Shown here: in pieces, positions 1 through 7,168 of the stretch
How the letters are laid out: each line of letters begins with the position of its first letter
Numbering within the stretch: position 1 is the first letter of the stretch
DNA from: a virus
Lineage: Duplodnaviria > Caudoviricetes
DNA length: 38,130 bases
Direction: 5' to 3' (one strand)
Virus record (IMG/VR): IMGVR_UViG_3300037692_000077
Span: 1-38,130 of that record
Program-made: the position numbers and the translations under genes
The notes under the pieces: generated by a model
Database searches by the model: none
What the model saw: the letters and a program-made list of their open reading frames with translations, nothing else
What the model was told of the DNA's origin: nothing

Positions 1-171
1 GAAGGTTTTTACCTTTGCGAACCCACGCAAGCTCCCCCTCTGCAAATGACAAATTCGGATTCTTTTTATCCCACAACAACCAATGAGGAGATGGTGGCAG
101 GAATTCTGTAAAATAATTGCCCCCCCCAAATTATTTGATTAAAACTAACCCTAAACAACTCATTAAAGAAT
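1..171. repeat. Terminal overlap copy 1 (circular assembly overlap)
   Basis: Identical to 37959..38130 except that the C-run is 8 nt here (120..127) and 9 nt in the other copy. Confidence 0.97.
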
Positions 172-356
172 TCCTTGCTTGGTACTCCATTATCCCAATC
201 CTTATCTTTTTTGAATTTATGCTTGCCAGACCCCATTGTCATTTTCCCTGCGTTAATTCCATAAGGTGGATCCACAATCGCCAAATCGTAATAATTATCC
301 GGCTTCGACGCCATAAATTCCATATTGTCGACGTTATAAAAGTTTATTTGTGCCAT
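66..356 (-). CDS. N-terminal half of beta-class N6A/N4C DNA methyltransferase, frameshifted at a poly-G tract; continues across the circular junction into 37693..37958
   Basis: DLAIVDPPYG catalytic motif and QIIWGG; G8 gives WGGQLF...stop, while G7 would give WGGNYF and a 206-aa protein. Confidence 0.9.
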   Translation of the reverse strand: MAQINFYNVDNMEFMASKPDNYYDLAIVDPPYGINAGKMTMGSGKHKFKKDKDWDNGVPSKEFFNELFRVSFNQIIWGGQLFYRIPATISSLVVVG

Positions 357-365
357 TTTTCAGTT

Positions 366-1115
366 TTAAAATAGTGTTGGATAAGGTAAATAGTTTGTCA
401 CTAAAATTTCGGTACGGCGGTTTTTCAAGTTCTGCCTTTCTCCGATTATATGAACGTTCAAACTCCGCTCTTTGGCTTGCTGAAGGATAAATGGGTTATC
501 AAATTCACTCATTGCCCATTTGCAGCCAGTTGCTTGTAAAGTGTCAAATAGGGCGAGGCTGTCGGCTTCTGTAAATGAATCAGCATAATTATCTTCTGTT
601 CCTAAATATGGGGGATCGCAGTAAATGAAAGCGGAGGCAGGTTCTTTTATTTGAATCTTAGAAAATACTCGCCTAAAGTCGCAATTCATAAATTGAACGT
701 CGTTTATAAACTTAAAGGTGCTATCTATGTTTTTATAAACGCTATTTTTAGGGTTCTCGGTTCCGTATTTTACGGATTCGCTGCCATATATCCCAAAATT
801 CGACAAAAACAAAAACCTCAGCGCCTTTTTAATCGGGTCCGCTTCCTGATTCTTTTTCCAATAATCCAATAAATCCGAATGAATCGGCATAATATAAAAA
901 GCCTTTTCAAGCTCTTCTTTTTGATTCATTACGACTTGGAACAGGTTGAAAACGTCACTATCCAAATCATTCACGATGTTATATTTTGCTTTTGGCTTGT
1001 TGAAAAACATTCCTCCAGCGCCAAAAAATGGCTCGATGTAAATCTTGTGAGGGGGGAAATACGCTTGTATTTTTTTTGCTATTTTAGCTTTATTGCCTAG
1101 TCTTCGTAGTATCAT
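366..1115 (-). CDS. DNA adenine methyltransferase (D12/Dam-like, alpha class)
   Basis: GNKAK, YIEPFFGAGG SAM-binding motif, VNDLD, FIYCDPPY, TEILVTNY. Confidence 0.93.
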   Translation of the reverse strand: MILRRLGNKAKIAKKIQAYFPPHKIYIEPFFGAGGMFFNKPKAKYNIVNDLDSDVFNLFQVVMNQKEELEKAFYIMPIHSDLLDYWKKNQEADPIKKALRFLFLSNFGIYGSESVKYGTENPKNSVYKNIDSTFKFINDVQFMNCDFRRVFSKIQIKEPASAFIYCDPPYLGTEDNYADSFTEADSLALFDTLQATGCKWAMSEFDNPFILQQAKERSLNVHIIGERQNLKNRRTEILVTNYLPYPTLF

Positions 1116-1137
1116 TTTTGTATTTAGTTAGTTGCTG

Positions 1138-2496
1138 TTAAAAATTAGTCTGCCTCGCTTCAAACGTTATCACCCTCTCAATGTCTGTGTATTTTGTGAC
1201 GGTTTCATTGATCAAAACATTTGCCTCACCTGTTTTGCCTTCCCTGTTTTTAGCACAAATTATCGAGCCTTTGCCCTTTAATTCGGGGTCTTCCTTCCAG
1301 TAATACTCTGGTCTGAATGGAAATAGAACTATGTCCGCGTCCTGTTCTATCGCTCCCGATTCTCTCAAATCTGCCAGCTTAGGCATTTTGTCCGGCCTAT
1401 TTTCAACCTCCCGGTTAAGCTGTGCGAGAAGGAAAATAGGCACTTCTAATTCTTTTGCCAGGGCTTTTAGGTTTCGGGTTAATTCGGCCACCTGCTGCTC
1501 TCTGATCTGTTTCGGATCCGATGCTTTTACCAACTGCAAATAGTCAATAAAGATAGCCTTAATCCCGTGCAATTTCTTATAAACCGTAGCCTTACTTTTG
1601 ATATGGATAAACGAACATAACGGGCTGTCATCAATAAAAAGCTGGCAATCTTTATACTTCAAAAACACATCCTCCAAAATGTCCCACTGCGCCGGATTCA
1701 TGGGGTTTTCAAAATCATATCCAGTTAACCCGCTTTGGCCCTGTATAAACCTGTTGGTTAAGTCACCTACGGTCATCTCGAGTGAGAAAAACAAAACAGA
1801 ATCACCTTTTTTAACCATTTCACTTGCTTCGTATAGTGCATAAGCAGTTTTACCCATACCTGGCCGCCCTGCCAAAATGATTAATTTGCCAGGCTTCCAT
1901 TCTGGCACCATCGCCGAAACTGAATAAAGGGGCGTTTTTAGCGTTCCCGGCTGGTTTTTTGGCGCTTTCTGCTTCTCGGTAATCCTTTCTATCTCTTCGC
2001 TCAAATTCTCCTCAAATGGCTTTATATTCGCTTTATTTGAAACCATGTCTAATGCCTTGTCGATAATCGATGAAACATTATGCAATAATTCATCGAGTTG
2101 GACGGAACGGTCAAAGGCTGTTTTGTAGATGTTTTGGGCGTCAATTATCAAAGTCCGGCGTATTGCTAGGTCTCCCAATATCCGGGCGTGGGTTTGAATG
2201 TGATGGGCGCTAGCTACCCTTGTACTTATTTCTGATAAGTAGTAGGCCCCGCCTATTTCATCCAGTTTATTTTTGCTCATTAGGTACTCAACCAAAGAAA
2301 CCAAATCAATTTTAATGTTCAGCGCAAACATTTCCTGAATGCAAATGAAAATGATTTGATGAGATTCAAGGTAAAATGATTGGAAGTTGAGCATGTCCGA
2401 AACTTTCAGGTAGGCGCCTGATTCTACGATCAGGGCCCCTATTACGGCCTTTTCGGTGTCGATGCTTTGGGGTGGCATTTGTCCGGGGTTATTCAT
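1138..2496 (-). CDS. dnaB: Replicative DNA helicase, DnaB family
   Basis: PPQSIDTEKAVIGAL N-domain, Walker A AGRPGMGKT, FSLEM, IDYLQL, LAQLNR, DLRESGAIEQDAD, KNREG. Confidence 0.97.
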   Translation of the reverse strand: MNNPGQMPPQSIDTEKAVIGALIVESGAYLKVSDMLNFQSFYLESHQIIFICIQEMFALNIKIDLVSLVEYLMSKNKLDEIGGAYYLSEISTRVASAHHIQTHARILGDLAIRRTLIIDAQNIYKTAFDRSVQLDELLHNVSSIIDKALDMVSNKANIKPFEENLSEEIERITEKQKAPKNQPGTLKTPLYSVSAMVPEWKPGKLIILAGRPGMGKTAYALYEASEMVKKGDSVLFFSLEMTVGDLTNRFIQGQSGLTGYDFENPMNPAQWDILEDVFLKYKDCQLFIDDSPLCSFIHIKSKATVYKKLHGIKAIFIDYLQLVKASDPKQIREQQVAELTRNLKALAKELEVPIFLLAQLNREVENRPDKMPKLADLRESGAIEQDADIVLFPFRPEYYWKEDPELKGKGSIICAKNREGKTGEANVLINETVTKYTDIERVITFEARQTNF

Positions 2497-2731
2497 GAAT
2501 ATCGCGATTATTGAAAGCGTTTATATGAGTCCTGCAATCTGACAAATATTTGATAAAAGAGTCTAATTCCTGTTCTGTAAAGTCGGCATCAATCTGAGGC
2601 CCGTCTTTTTTGTGTACAGTAATAGATACTTGCTTTATTGCCTTGTAAGGAAGAACTTCGTTAGTATCGCATACCCATGCTTCAAATACGAATCCATCAG
2701 TCATCCCCATCTTATAAATCTGATTTTCCAT
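2489..2731 (-). CDS. Hypothetical protein
   Basis: 80-aa ORF packed between initiator and dnaB with an A-rich start region. Confidence 0.75.
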   Translation of the reverse strand: MENQIYKMGMTDGFVFEAWVCDTNEVLPYKAIKQVSITVHKKDGPQIDADFTEQELDSFIKYLSDCRTHINAFNNRDIHE

Positions 2732-2741
2732 AACTATTAAT

Positions 2742-3380
2742 TTATTTTTGTTTAAATCTATCGGTTATACTTTGTGGCGGTGCTTCGGATGTTTGGGGCT
2801 GGCCTGTCGAATTTAGTTCGTTTTCAGGCTTAAACCAAACGCCTCTCATCTTTTGTTTCCAGTTTTTTACCTGCTTGCCTGTTGAATCTTTCCAGTTGCC
2901 AGAATCGTAATACATGAATGCTTTTCGTCCTGACTGTTTTGTGTATCCCTGCTCAAAAAAGTATTGTTCAACCTCTGAAAGTGTGGGTGCTTGGAATCGC
3001 TTTTGCGGTTCCTTTTTACTTTTATTTTTTTCATTATCACTTACATTATCACTTACACTTACACTTACAGTTGGATTTCGTGTCGATTCGTTAACGACCG
3101 TTGAACGCTCGTTGCTTTTCGTTGCCCTTCGTTCTGCGCTTATTCTGCCTGCCTCAACTCTTTGCTGCCTTTCATTTTCCCATTTTACTAAATCCCTTTT
3201 TAAGGTTGATTTTATTTGTTCAAACAAGGCATTGATAACATAGTCGTCCGTAGATGGGTTTTCGTCGTTAACGTAAGAAAACACGTGTTTTATTAGTTTC
3301 CCCGCCACTTCGTCCGGCAACGCTTTAAACATTCCATTCCAATCTGAATAGGCTATAAAGGATTTTTTATTTTCTGCCAT
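2742..3380 (-). CDS. DUF6291-type replication initiator-like protein
   Basis: KKSFIAYSDW...LPDEVAGKLIK N-terminus, low-complexity linker, C-terminal F.APTLSEV..YF...F.YYDSGNWK....KNWKQ domain; lies upstream of dnaB. Confidence 0.8.
   Translation of the reverse strand: MAENKKSFIAYSDWNGMFKALPDEVAGKLIKHVFSYVNDENPSTDDYVINALFEQIKSTLKRDLVKWENERQQRVEAGRISAERRATKSNERSTVVNESTRNPTVSVSVSDNVSDNEKNKSKKEPQKRFQAPTLSEVEQYFFEQGYTKQSGRKAFMYYDSGNWKDSTGKQVKNWKQKMRGVWFKPENELNSTGQPQTSEAPPQSITDRFKQK
3031..3126. repeat. Short repeats inside the initiator gene (possible iterons/origin)
   Basis: CATTATCACTTA x2 and tandem CTTACA copies (encoding VSVSVSDNVSDN), then four CGTT(A/G) units. Confidence 0.45.
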
Positions 3381-3421
3381 GTTAAATATTTTTACTTTTG
3401 TTAATTTTATAGCAAAAAAAA

Positions 3422-3607
3422 TTATGATTCGTCCCTAAATCCTAACGCCTGAATTGAAACAATGTCTTTAGGGGTGAAAGTATTATCTTTCATTTTCTTT
3501 GCCCATGTTTGTCTGGTGATGCCAATTCTGGCCGCTATTTGTTGCTGGGTAATGTTATCCCTGTGCATCCAAATTAATATTTTTTCGCTAGTCTTTTGAA
3601 TTTTCAT
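3422..3607 (-). CDS. XRE/Cro-like helix-turn-helix protein
   Basis: ITQQQIAARIGITRQTWAKKMKDNTF HTH pattern. Confidence 0.85.
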   Translation of the reverse strand: MKIQKTSEKILIWMHRDNITQQQIAARIGITRQTWAKKMKDNTFTPKDIVSIQALGFRDES

Positions 3608-3634
3608 TAGTCTTTGTTTTGATAATTAAATTTG

Positions 3635-3706
3635 AGCCGATAGAGGGATTCGAACCCCCGACAATCTGATTACAAAACAGATGCTCTGCCTCTGAGCTAC
3701 ACCGGC
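3635..3706 (-). tRNA. tRNA-Thr(UGU), CCA not encoded
   Basis: GCCGGTG/TATCGGC acceptor, GCTC/GAGC D-arm, TCTGT-TTTGTAA-TCAGA anticodon arm, GGGGG-TTCGAAT-CCCTC T-arm. Confidence 0.93.
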
Positions 3707-3710
3707 TTAA

Positions 3711-3785
3711 TCGGCACTAAAATCGCAATCATAAACATTTTCATGCGTCCATTACTAGCTGTTTATACAAGTCATCTAGCGCCGA
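3711..3785 (-). ncRNA. Candidate ~75-nt hairpin RNA in the tRNA 5' leader
   Basis: 11-bp closing stem TCGGCGCTAGA/TTTAGTGCCGA (2 G-U) and inner ATAAACA/TGTTTAT. Confidence 0.5.
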
Positions 3786-3800
3786 ATGTTAAATACACTA

Positions 3801-3832
3801 CAAATATAACAAATGTAAATTTACTATGCAAA
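3801..3832 (-). promoter_or_regulatory. Bacteroidota-type promoter for the tRNA/HTH/replication unit
   Basis: TTTG-N20-TATATTTG; palindrome GTAAATTTAC in the spacer (3815..3824). Confidence 0.8.
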
Positions 3833-3853
3833 CATTGGTAAGATTATTTTTTT

Positions 3854-3968
3854 AAAAAAACCGAAAGAGCCCTGCCGGGTTTACCTGCGCGATCACCCTT
3901 TGCCCTTGCAGTTTTTACAGCTACCGGGCTGATAGCTTTTAACGTCGCGTTTTGGGCTCTTCCGGTTT
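3854..3968 (-). ncRNA. Candidate ~115-nt structured RNA ending in a U7 tract
   Basis: 15-bp closing stem AAACCGGAAGAGCCC/GGGCTCTTTCGGTTT; inner CGCGA/TCGCG and AGCTATC/GGTAGCT stems. Confidence 0.6.
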
Positions 3969-3973
3969 AATTT

Positions 3974-4024
3974 AAGCGGCTGAATAGTATCAATTCATTA
4001 GCACCTTTTCGAGTGTTGCCGCTT
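3974..4024 (-). ncRNA. Candidate three-way-junction RNA
   Basis: AAGCGGC/GCCGCTT closing stem with CACTC-GAAAA-GGTG and TGAAT-N7-ATTCA hairpins. Confidence 0.45.
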
Positions 4025-4029
4025 GTCTT

Positions 4030-4281
4030 TTAGCCGGTTATATCGATTTGCTCATAACCTAAATAGTTAGCGCAGATTTCGGCGGCTTCGGCTTTGGTTA
4101 TTTTCTTTTTCCCATCCCTGACTAGATGCCAGTCGTCCGGAAACATTCGCACAAGGTCTAAAACTGTCTCAGTGCCGACCCCGGTGTTAAGCGTTTCATC
4201 ATAAATGCCTCCCTCTTGAAACATATCTTCGTTTGGGGCACATTTGTACCCCTCATCGTTTAATAGTTTATACTTTGCCAT
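4030..4281 (-). CDS. Hypothetical protein (start reassigned to MAKYKLL)
   Basis: ATG at 4281 follows the A-rich AAACTAAAATTTGAAATT; the upstream GTG lies inside a hairpin. Confidence 0.75.
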   Translation of the reverse strand: MAKYKLLNDEGYKCAPNEDMFQEGGIYDETLNTGVGTETVLDLVRMFPDDWHLVRDGKKKITKAEAAEICANYLGYEQIDITG

Positions 4282-4307
4282 AATTTCAAATTTTAGTTTA
4301 GTTTTTA

Positions 4308-4410
4308 AAACCCCCACCACCTCAAGTCCTGGTTTGCACGATAATAATAAAGCAAATACTATTAACCTTCTGTTTGTGCCTCTCAGGGTCGTCGGGAATG
4401 GTAGGGGTTT
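4308..4410 (-). ncRNA. Candidate ~103-nt irregular long hairpin
   Basis: 14-bp closing stem AAACCCCTACCATT/GGTGGTGGGGGTTT; nested CCTG/CAGG, GCAC/GTGC and TAATAGTA/TATTATTA. Confidence 0.55.
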
Positions 4411-4418
4411 AGTTGTTT

Positions 4419-4646
4419 TTAAGCAGGGGAAAAGTCTAAATAATATTCTTTCCCTTCCTCGAAAGCATCAGCAGCTTCTGTTTCATAACTGATAGACAGA
4501 AACACAGATCCATTCGGCGTGTACTTTGAAAACGACTTGTTTTCTTCGCTTCCGTCAATAACAGCTGAAAACGAAACCTCTTTTAATTGAAATTCCGGAC
4601 GATCAGTCACGACGTCGCATTTGAATTTTGCTCTTACGTTTGCCAT
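4419..4646 (-). CDS. Small phage protein, possibly beta-barrel/OB-like
   Basis: VRAKFKC...SEENKSFSKYTP.G...FEEGKEYYLDF; good start context. Confidence 0.8.
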   Translation of the reverse strand: MANVRAKFKCDVVTDRPEFQLKEVSFSAVIDGSEENKSFSKYTPNGSVFLSISYETEAADAFEEGKEYYLDFSPA

Positions 4647-4681
4647 AATTTAATTGGATTTTACAAAGCCCGTCCAAGGCG

Positions 4682-4861
4682 TTATGATAAAATTACCTTC
4701 CTCTTATACTTTACCAGCCCCGGCACTACTACCCTACTACCGTTTTTTAGCACTAAGATTATGTTTTTATGGCTTATAATCTCTTCCACGATACTTTTGT
4801 TGCTTCGGTAGTGTGAATAGATTAAATAGGGGTCTTTGTGATTAATTCTTTTGCGCGTCAT
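4682..4861 (-). CDS. Hypothetical 59-aa basic protein (below the ORF-track cutoff)
   Basis: Hand translation MTRKRINHKDPYLIYSHYRSNKSIVEEIISHKNIILVLKNGSRVVVPGLVKYKRKVILS fills the gap. Confidence 0.6.
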   Translation of the reverse strand: MTRKRINHKDPYLIYSHYRSNKSIVEEIISHKNIILVLKNGSRVVVPGLVKYKRKVILS

Positions 4862-5039
4862 TTATAAATATTTTACCTATTAACCTGTAATTTTCGCTTA
4901 GCAGGCGATTTTTTGCGGCTATTGCGTTCTCTTTCATGCGCTTTTCGTGAATAATTTGCAGTTTTAAAAGCGCTTTTTCGTGCTGAAGCTGTACGATTTC
5001 AGCCTCTAATTTTCTGATTTTACTAAAAAAAATCCACAT
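4842..5039 (-). CDS. Hypothetical coiled-coil protein
   Basis: 65-aa ORF with heptad pattern, operon packing. Confidence 0.65.
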   Translation of the reverse strand: MWIFFSKIRKLEAEIVQLQHEKALLKLQIIHEKRMKENAIAAKNRLLSENYRLIGKIFINDAQKN

Positions 5040-5041
5040 GG

Positions 5042-5260
5042 CTACGAAGTTATAAAAGGTGTCTTACGACTGATGTATTCAGAGAAAGAAATAGGCCAAA
5101 GCCCTACTATTTGAGTATCTATCTCATCCCTGCAAAACCTCTCATACTTCTTAAATAGACCTATTTTGCAGTTTAGTACCGAAAAACTACCATCTTTCCA
5201 AGCAAGTTGAAGATACTCGTTCTTCTTACATGCTTTGTAAAGGTCGTTATTGGTTATCAT
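5042..5260 (-). CDS. Hypothetical protein (start at 5260 or 5281)
   Basis: ORF downstream of ssb; the longer track version overlaps ssb and is unlikely. Confidence 0.6.
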   Translation of the reverse strand: MITNNDLYKACKKNEYLQLAWKDGSFSVLNCKIGLFKKYERFCRDEIDTQIVGLWPISFSEYISRKTPFITS

Positions 5261-5288
5261 AAATTCAATTTTAGTTTGCATAACTATA

Positions 5289-5660
5289 TTAAAAAGGAGG
5301 TTCTTTGTCGTATGCCTGCGGGTTATCTTGTTGCGGCTTTCCACCCAGCAAAACAAGGTTATCACAATCCAGAAAAGTTGAGTAATGTTTCACCCCGTCC
5401 TTTTCGTATGAGCTGGTACGCATTTTGCCTTCTACGTAGACCTGACTACCTTTTTTTACGTAGCCTTCAACCACTTTAGCAAGTCCGCCCCATACGGTTA
5501 CTTTGTGCCATTCGGTCTTTTCTGGTATTTCGCGGCCTTCTTTGGTTTTAAATCCGCGTTCGGTAGTTGCCAGATTAAAATTGGCAACCATGCGGTCGTT
5601 GTGCTGTCGGATTTCGGGATCTGCTCCTACCCGTCCGATTAATGTTGTGCGATTTAGCAT
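5289..5660 (-). CDS. ssb: Single-stranded DNA-binding protein
   Basis: LNRTTLIGRVGADPE, FNLAT, TEWHKV, KKGSQVYVEG, acidic PF tail. Confidence 0.97.
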   Translation of the reverse strand: MLNRTTLIGRVGADPEIRQHNDRMVANFNLATTERGFKTKEGREIPEKTEWHKVTVWGGLAKVVEGYVKKGSQVYVEGKMRTSSYEKDGVKHYSTFLDCDNLVLLGGKPQQDNPQAYDKEPPF

Positions 5661-5872
5661 AAATTTTGTGTTAAATGTGAATATTTCGTTTTGATTCTGG
5701 CAACGTCCCCCAGATTTTTAGCGTAAACGGTCAGCCGGTTATTGATTTTAACGGCTATCATTTTACCTAGGGCGGGCGAAGGGATTCCGGATTTTTCAAT
5801 TATACGACGGGATTTTTTTACTATGTCGCTGGCGCTGTCGTTGCCGTCAAAGGCTTGTTTTTTCTTTTTCAT
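5654..5872 (-). CDS. Hypothetical basic protein
   Basis: First ORF after the promoter at 5908..5939. Confidence 0.7.
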   Translation of the reverse strand: MKKKKQAFDGNDSASDIVKKSRRIIEKSGIPSPALGKMIAVKINNRLTVYAKNLGDVARIKTKYSHLTQNLC

Positions 5873-5907
5873 GTTTTAGTTGGTTGTTTTTCTGATTTCT
5901 TATACAA

Positions 5908-5939
5908 CAAATATACTGCGAATGTTTCAATTCTGCAAA
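5908..5939 (-). promoter_or_regulatory. Promoter with shared TTTGCAGAATTGAAACA motif
   Basis: TTTG-N20-TATATTTG. Confidence 0.85.
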
Positions 5940-5989
5940 TAAAACCACAACTATTTTGCATTTATTTTATGCTGCAAAGCAGGTTTTTG

Positions 5990-6580
5990 CTATTTTAGCC
6001 ATGGATCGCGCATTCCACGGCCTTTTAATAAGAGTTTATATTTTGCCTTATATTCCTCCGAAATCTGTTTTAAGGTATATTCATCGAGCTTATACGGCAT
6101 CCGGCGCTTTGCCTCCAGCTCTTTTATTTTGTCCTCCCCGTGCTGTTTTACAAGCCATTCACGCATCAACCCTTCGCGCCCTCCTTGGTAGGTATTATCC
6201 TGCATGCTCTGAGGTGCCAAATTTTCAAATAATAAAGCGGTTGCATAGTTTGTACTGTTGCCGTCCTTTACTTTGATATAATGGCCGCAATGGCAGTCTT
6301 TTGTACCTAACACTAAATAACGGTCTGAAGTTGCGCACCTGGTCACGCCGTTTTTGTCAGCGTAGTAGAGTAGCACGTACTTACGGCACCACTTCCAGGC
6401 GGCTGTTTTGTAGAAGTCGAATTTTTTGGTAGCGGTTTTTCTGGCCGATGGCTTTGCCTTTTGGTCGTCACTACTATTGCGCACCGCTGCCCGAAGCGAA
6501 CACTTCGGGCAGGGATTGTAAATGGTACTATTGTGCTTGCGGTATAGTTTTATACCGCATTTGGGGCAGATTTTTGTCAT
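5990..6580 (-). CDS. ninG: NinG/Rap-like recombination endonuclease
   Basis: N-terminal CxxC pairs; RCATS...HCGHYI...LFENLAPQS..DN...G...L...GE..I.ELE. Confidence 0.75.
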   Translation of the reverse strand: MTKICPKCGIKLYRKHNSTIYNPCPKCSLRAAVRNSSDDQKAKPSARKTATKKFDFYKTAAWKWCRKYVLLYYADKNGVTRCATSDRYLVLGTKDCHCGHYIKVKDGNSTNYATALLFENLAPQSMQDNTYQGGREGLMREWLVKQHGEDKIKELEAKRRMPYKLDEYTLKQISEEYKAKYKLLLKGRGMRDPWLK

Positions 6581-7158
6581 TAGCCTACAATTGGAATGTT
6601 TAATTCATTCGCTAAAAACGCTTCAAGCCTTGCGCCTTTTGATAGTATCCAGTCGTCGTTAAGCCAAATTCCATCACATGATGTAAGGGCCGCAATGTCG
6701 GCCTTCATGTAATCCTCCCACTTCAAATCCGGGTGGTATGGCAAAACTTCAAACGGGTTAACAGGTTCCCATCCGCGCGCCCTGATTAATTCTGCTGTCT
6801 TTTCAAAATTAGCCCTTGCCTTTTCAATAGGCAGCCCAGTAATCTTACCTGATATGTAAACTTTCATAATTTTAGATTTTATGCTTTTTGGTTTATAACA
6901 AGTAGTGCCGTGCAGATTCTCCCAAAATTCGTACCTTCTCGCAACCATGGCGTGGTGATATTCCGGCAAAACATTAATCATAGGTATCGCTTTATTGTGA
7001 CCGCAACAACAGCCAGTTGTCACTATGCCGTCATCCCATAAATCGGATATTTCAGAGGAAAGGCATTTGTCTATTCCTATAGGCTCATCTTTCCAAAAAG
7101 GCACCATCGGCACCTGATTTTTATATGAGCCCATTTCCACATCTACACAATCGCACAT
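6580..7158 (-). CDS. Fusion: Cys-rich N-domain plus C-terminal DUF4406 (nucleoside deoxyribosyltransferase-like) domain
   Basis: MKVYISGKITG...VNP...WEDYMKADIAAL..CDGI...W..SKGARLE from the internal ATG at 6867. Confidence 0.85.
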   Translation of the reverse strand: MCDCVDVEMGSYKNQVPMVPFWKDEPIGIDKCLSSEISDLWDDGIVTTGCCCGHNKAIPMINVLPEYHHAMVARRYEFWENLHGTTCYKPKSIKSKIMKVYISGKITGLPIEKARANFEKTAELIRARGWEPVNPFEVLPYHPDLKWEDYMKADIAALTSCDGIWLNDDWILSKGARLEAFLANELNIPIVG

Positions 7159-7168
7159 AATTCAAGTT

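Noticed and set aside
1051-1056. Other homopolymers (G6 in the Dam-like gene, C6 runs in tail genes) as phase-variation sites
   Set aside because: Short, in frame, and no variant visible
3608-3634. tRNA-associated theta (HDV-like) ribozyme
   Set aside because: The tRNA trailer is a short A-rich leader of the HTH gene with no pairing potential
3711-3785. Second or degenerate tRNA
   Set aside because: tRNA-like length and acceptor-like stem, but no T-loop, D-arm or anticodon arm
3854-3968. Known self-cleaving ribozyme (hatchet/pistol-like GACGUUAAAA, twister-like AGCCCGG, hammerhead-like CUGA/GAAA)
   Set aside because: Only isolated words match; the required stems and core order could not be built by eye
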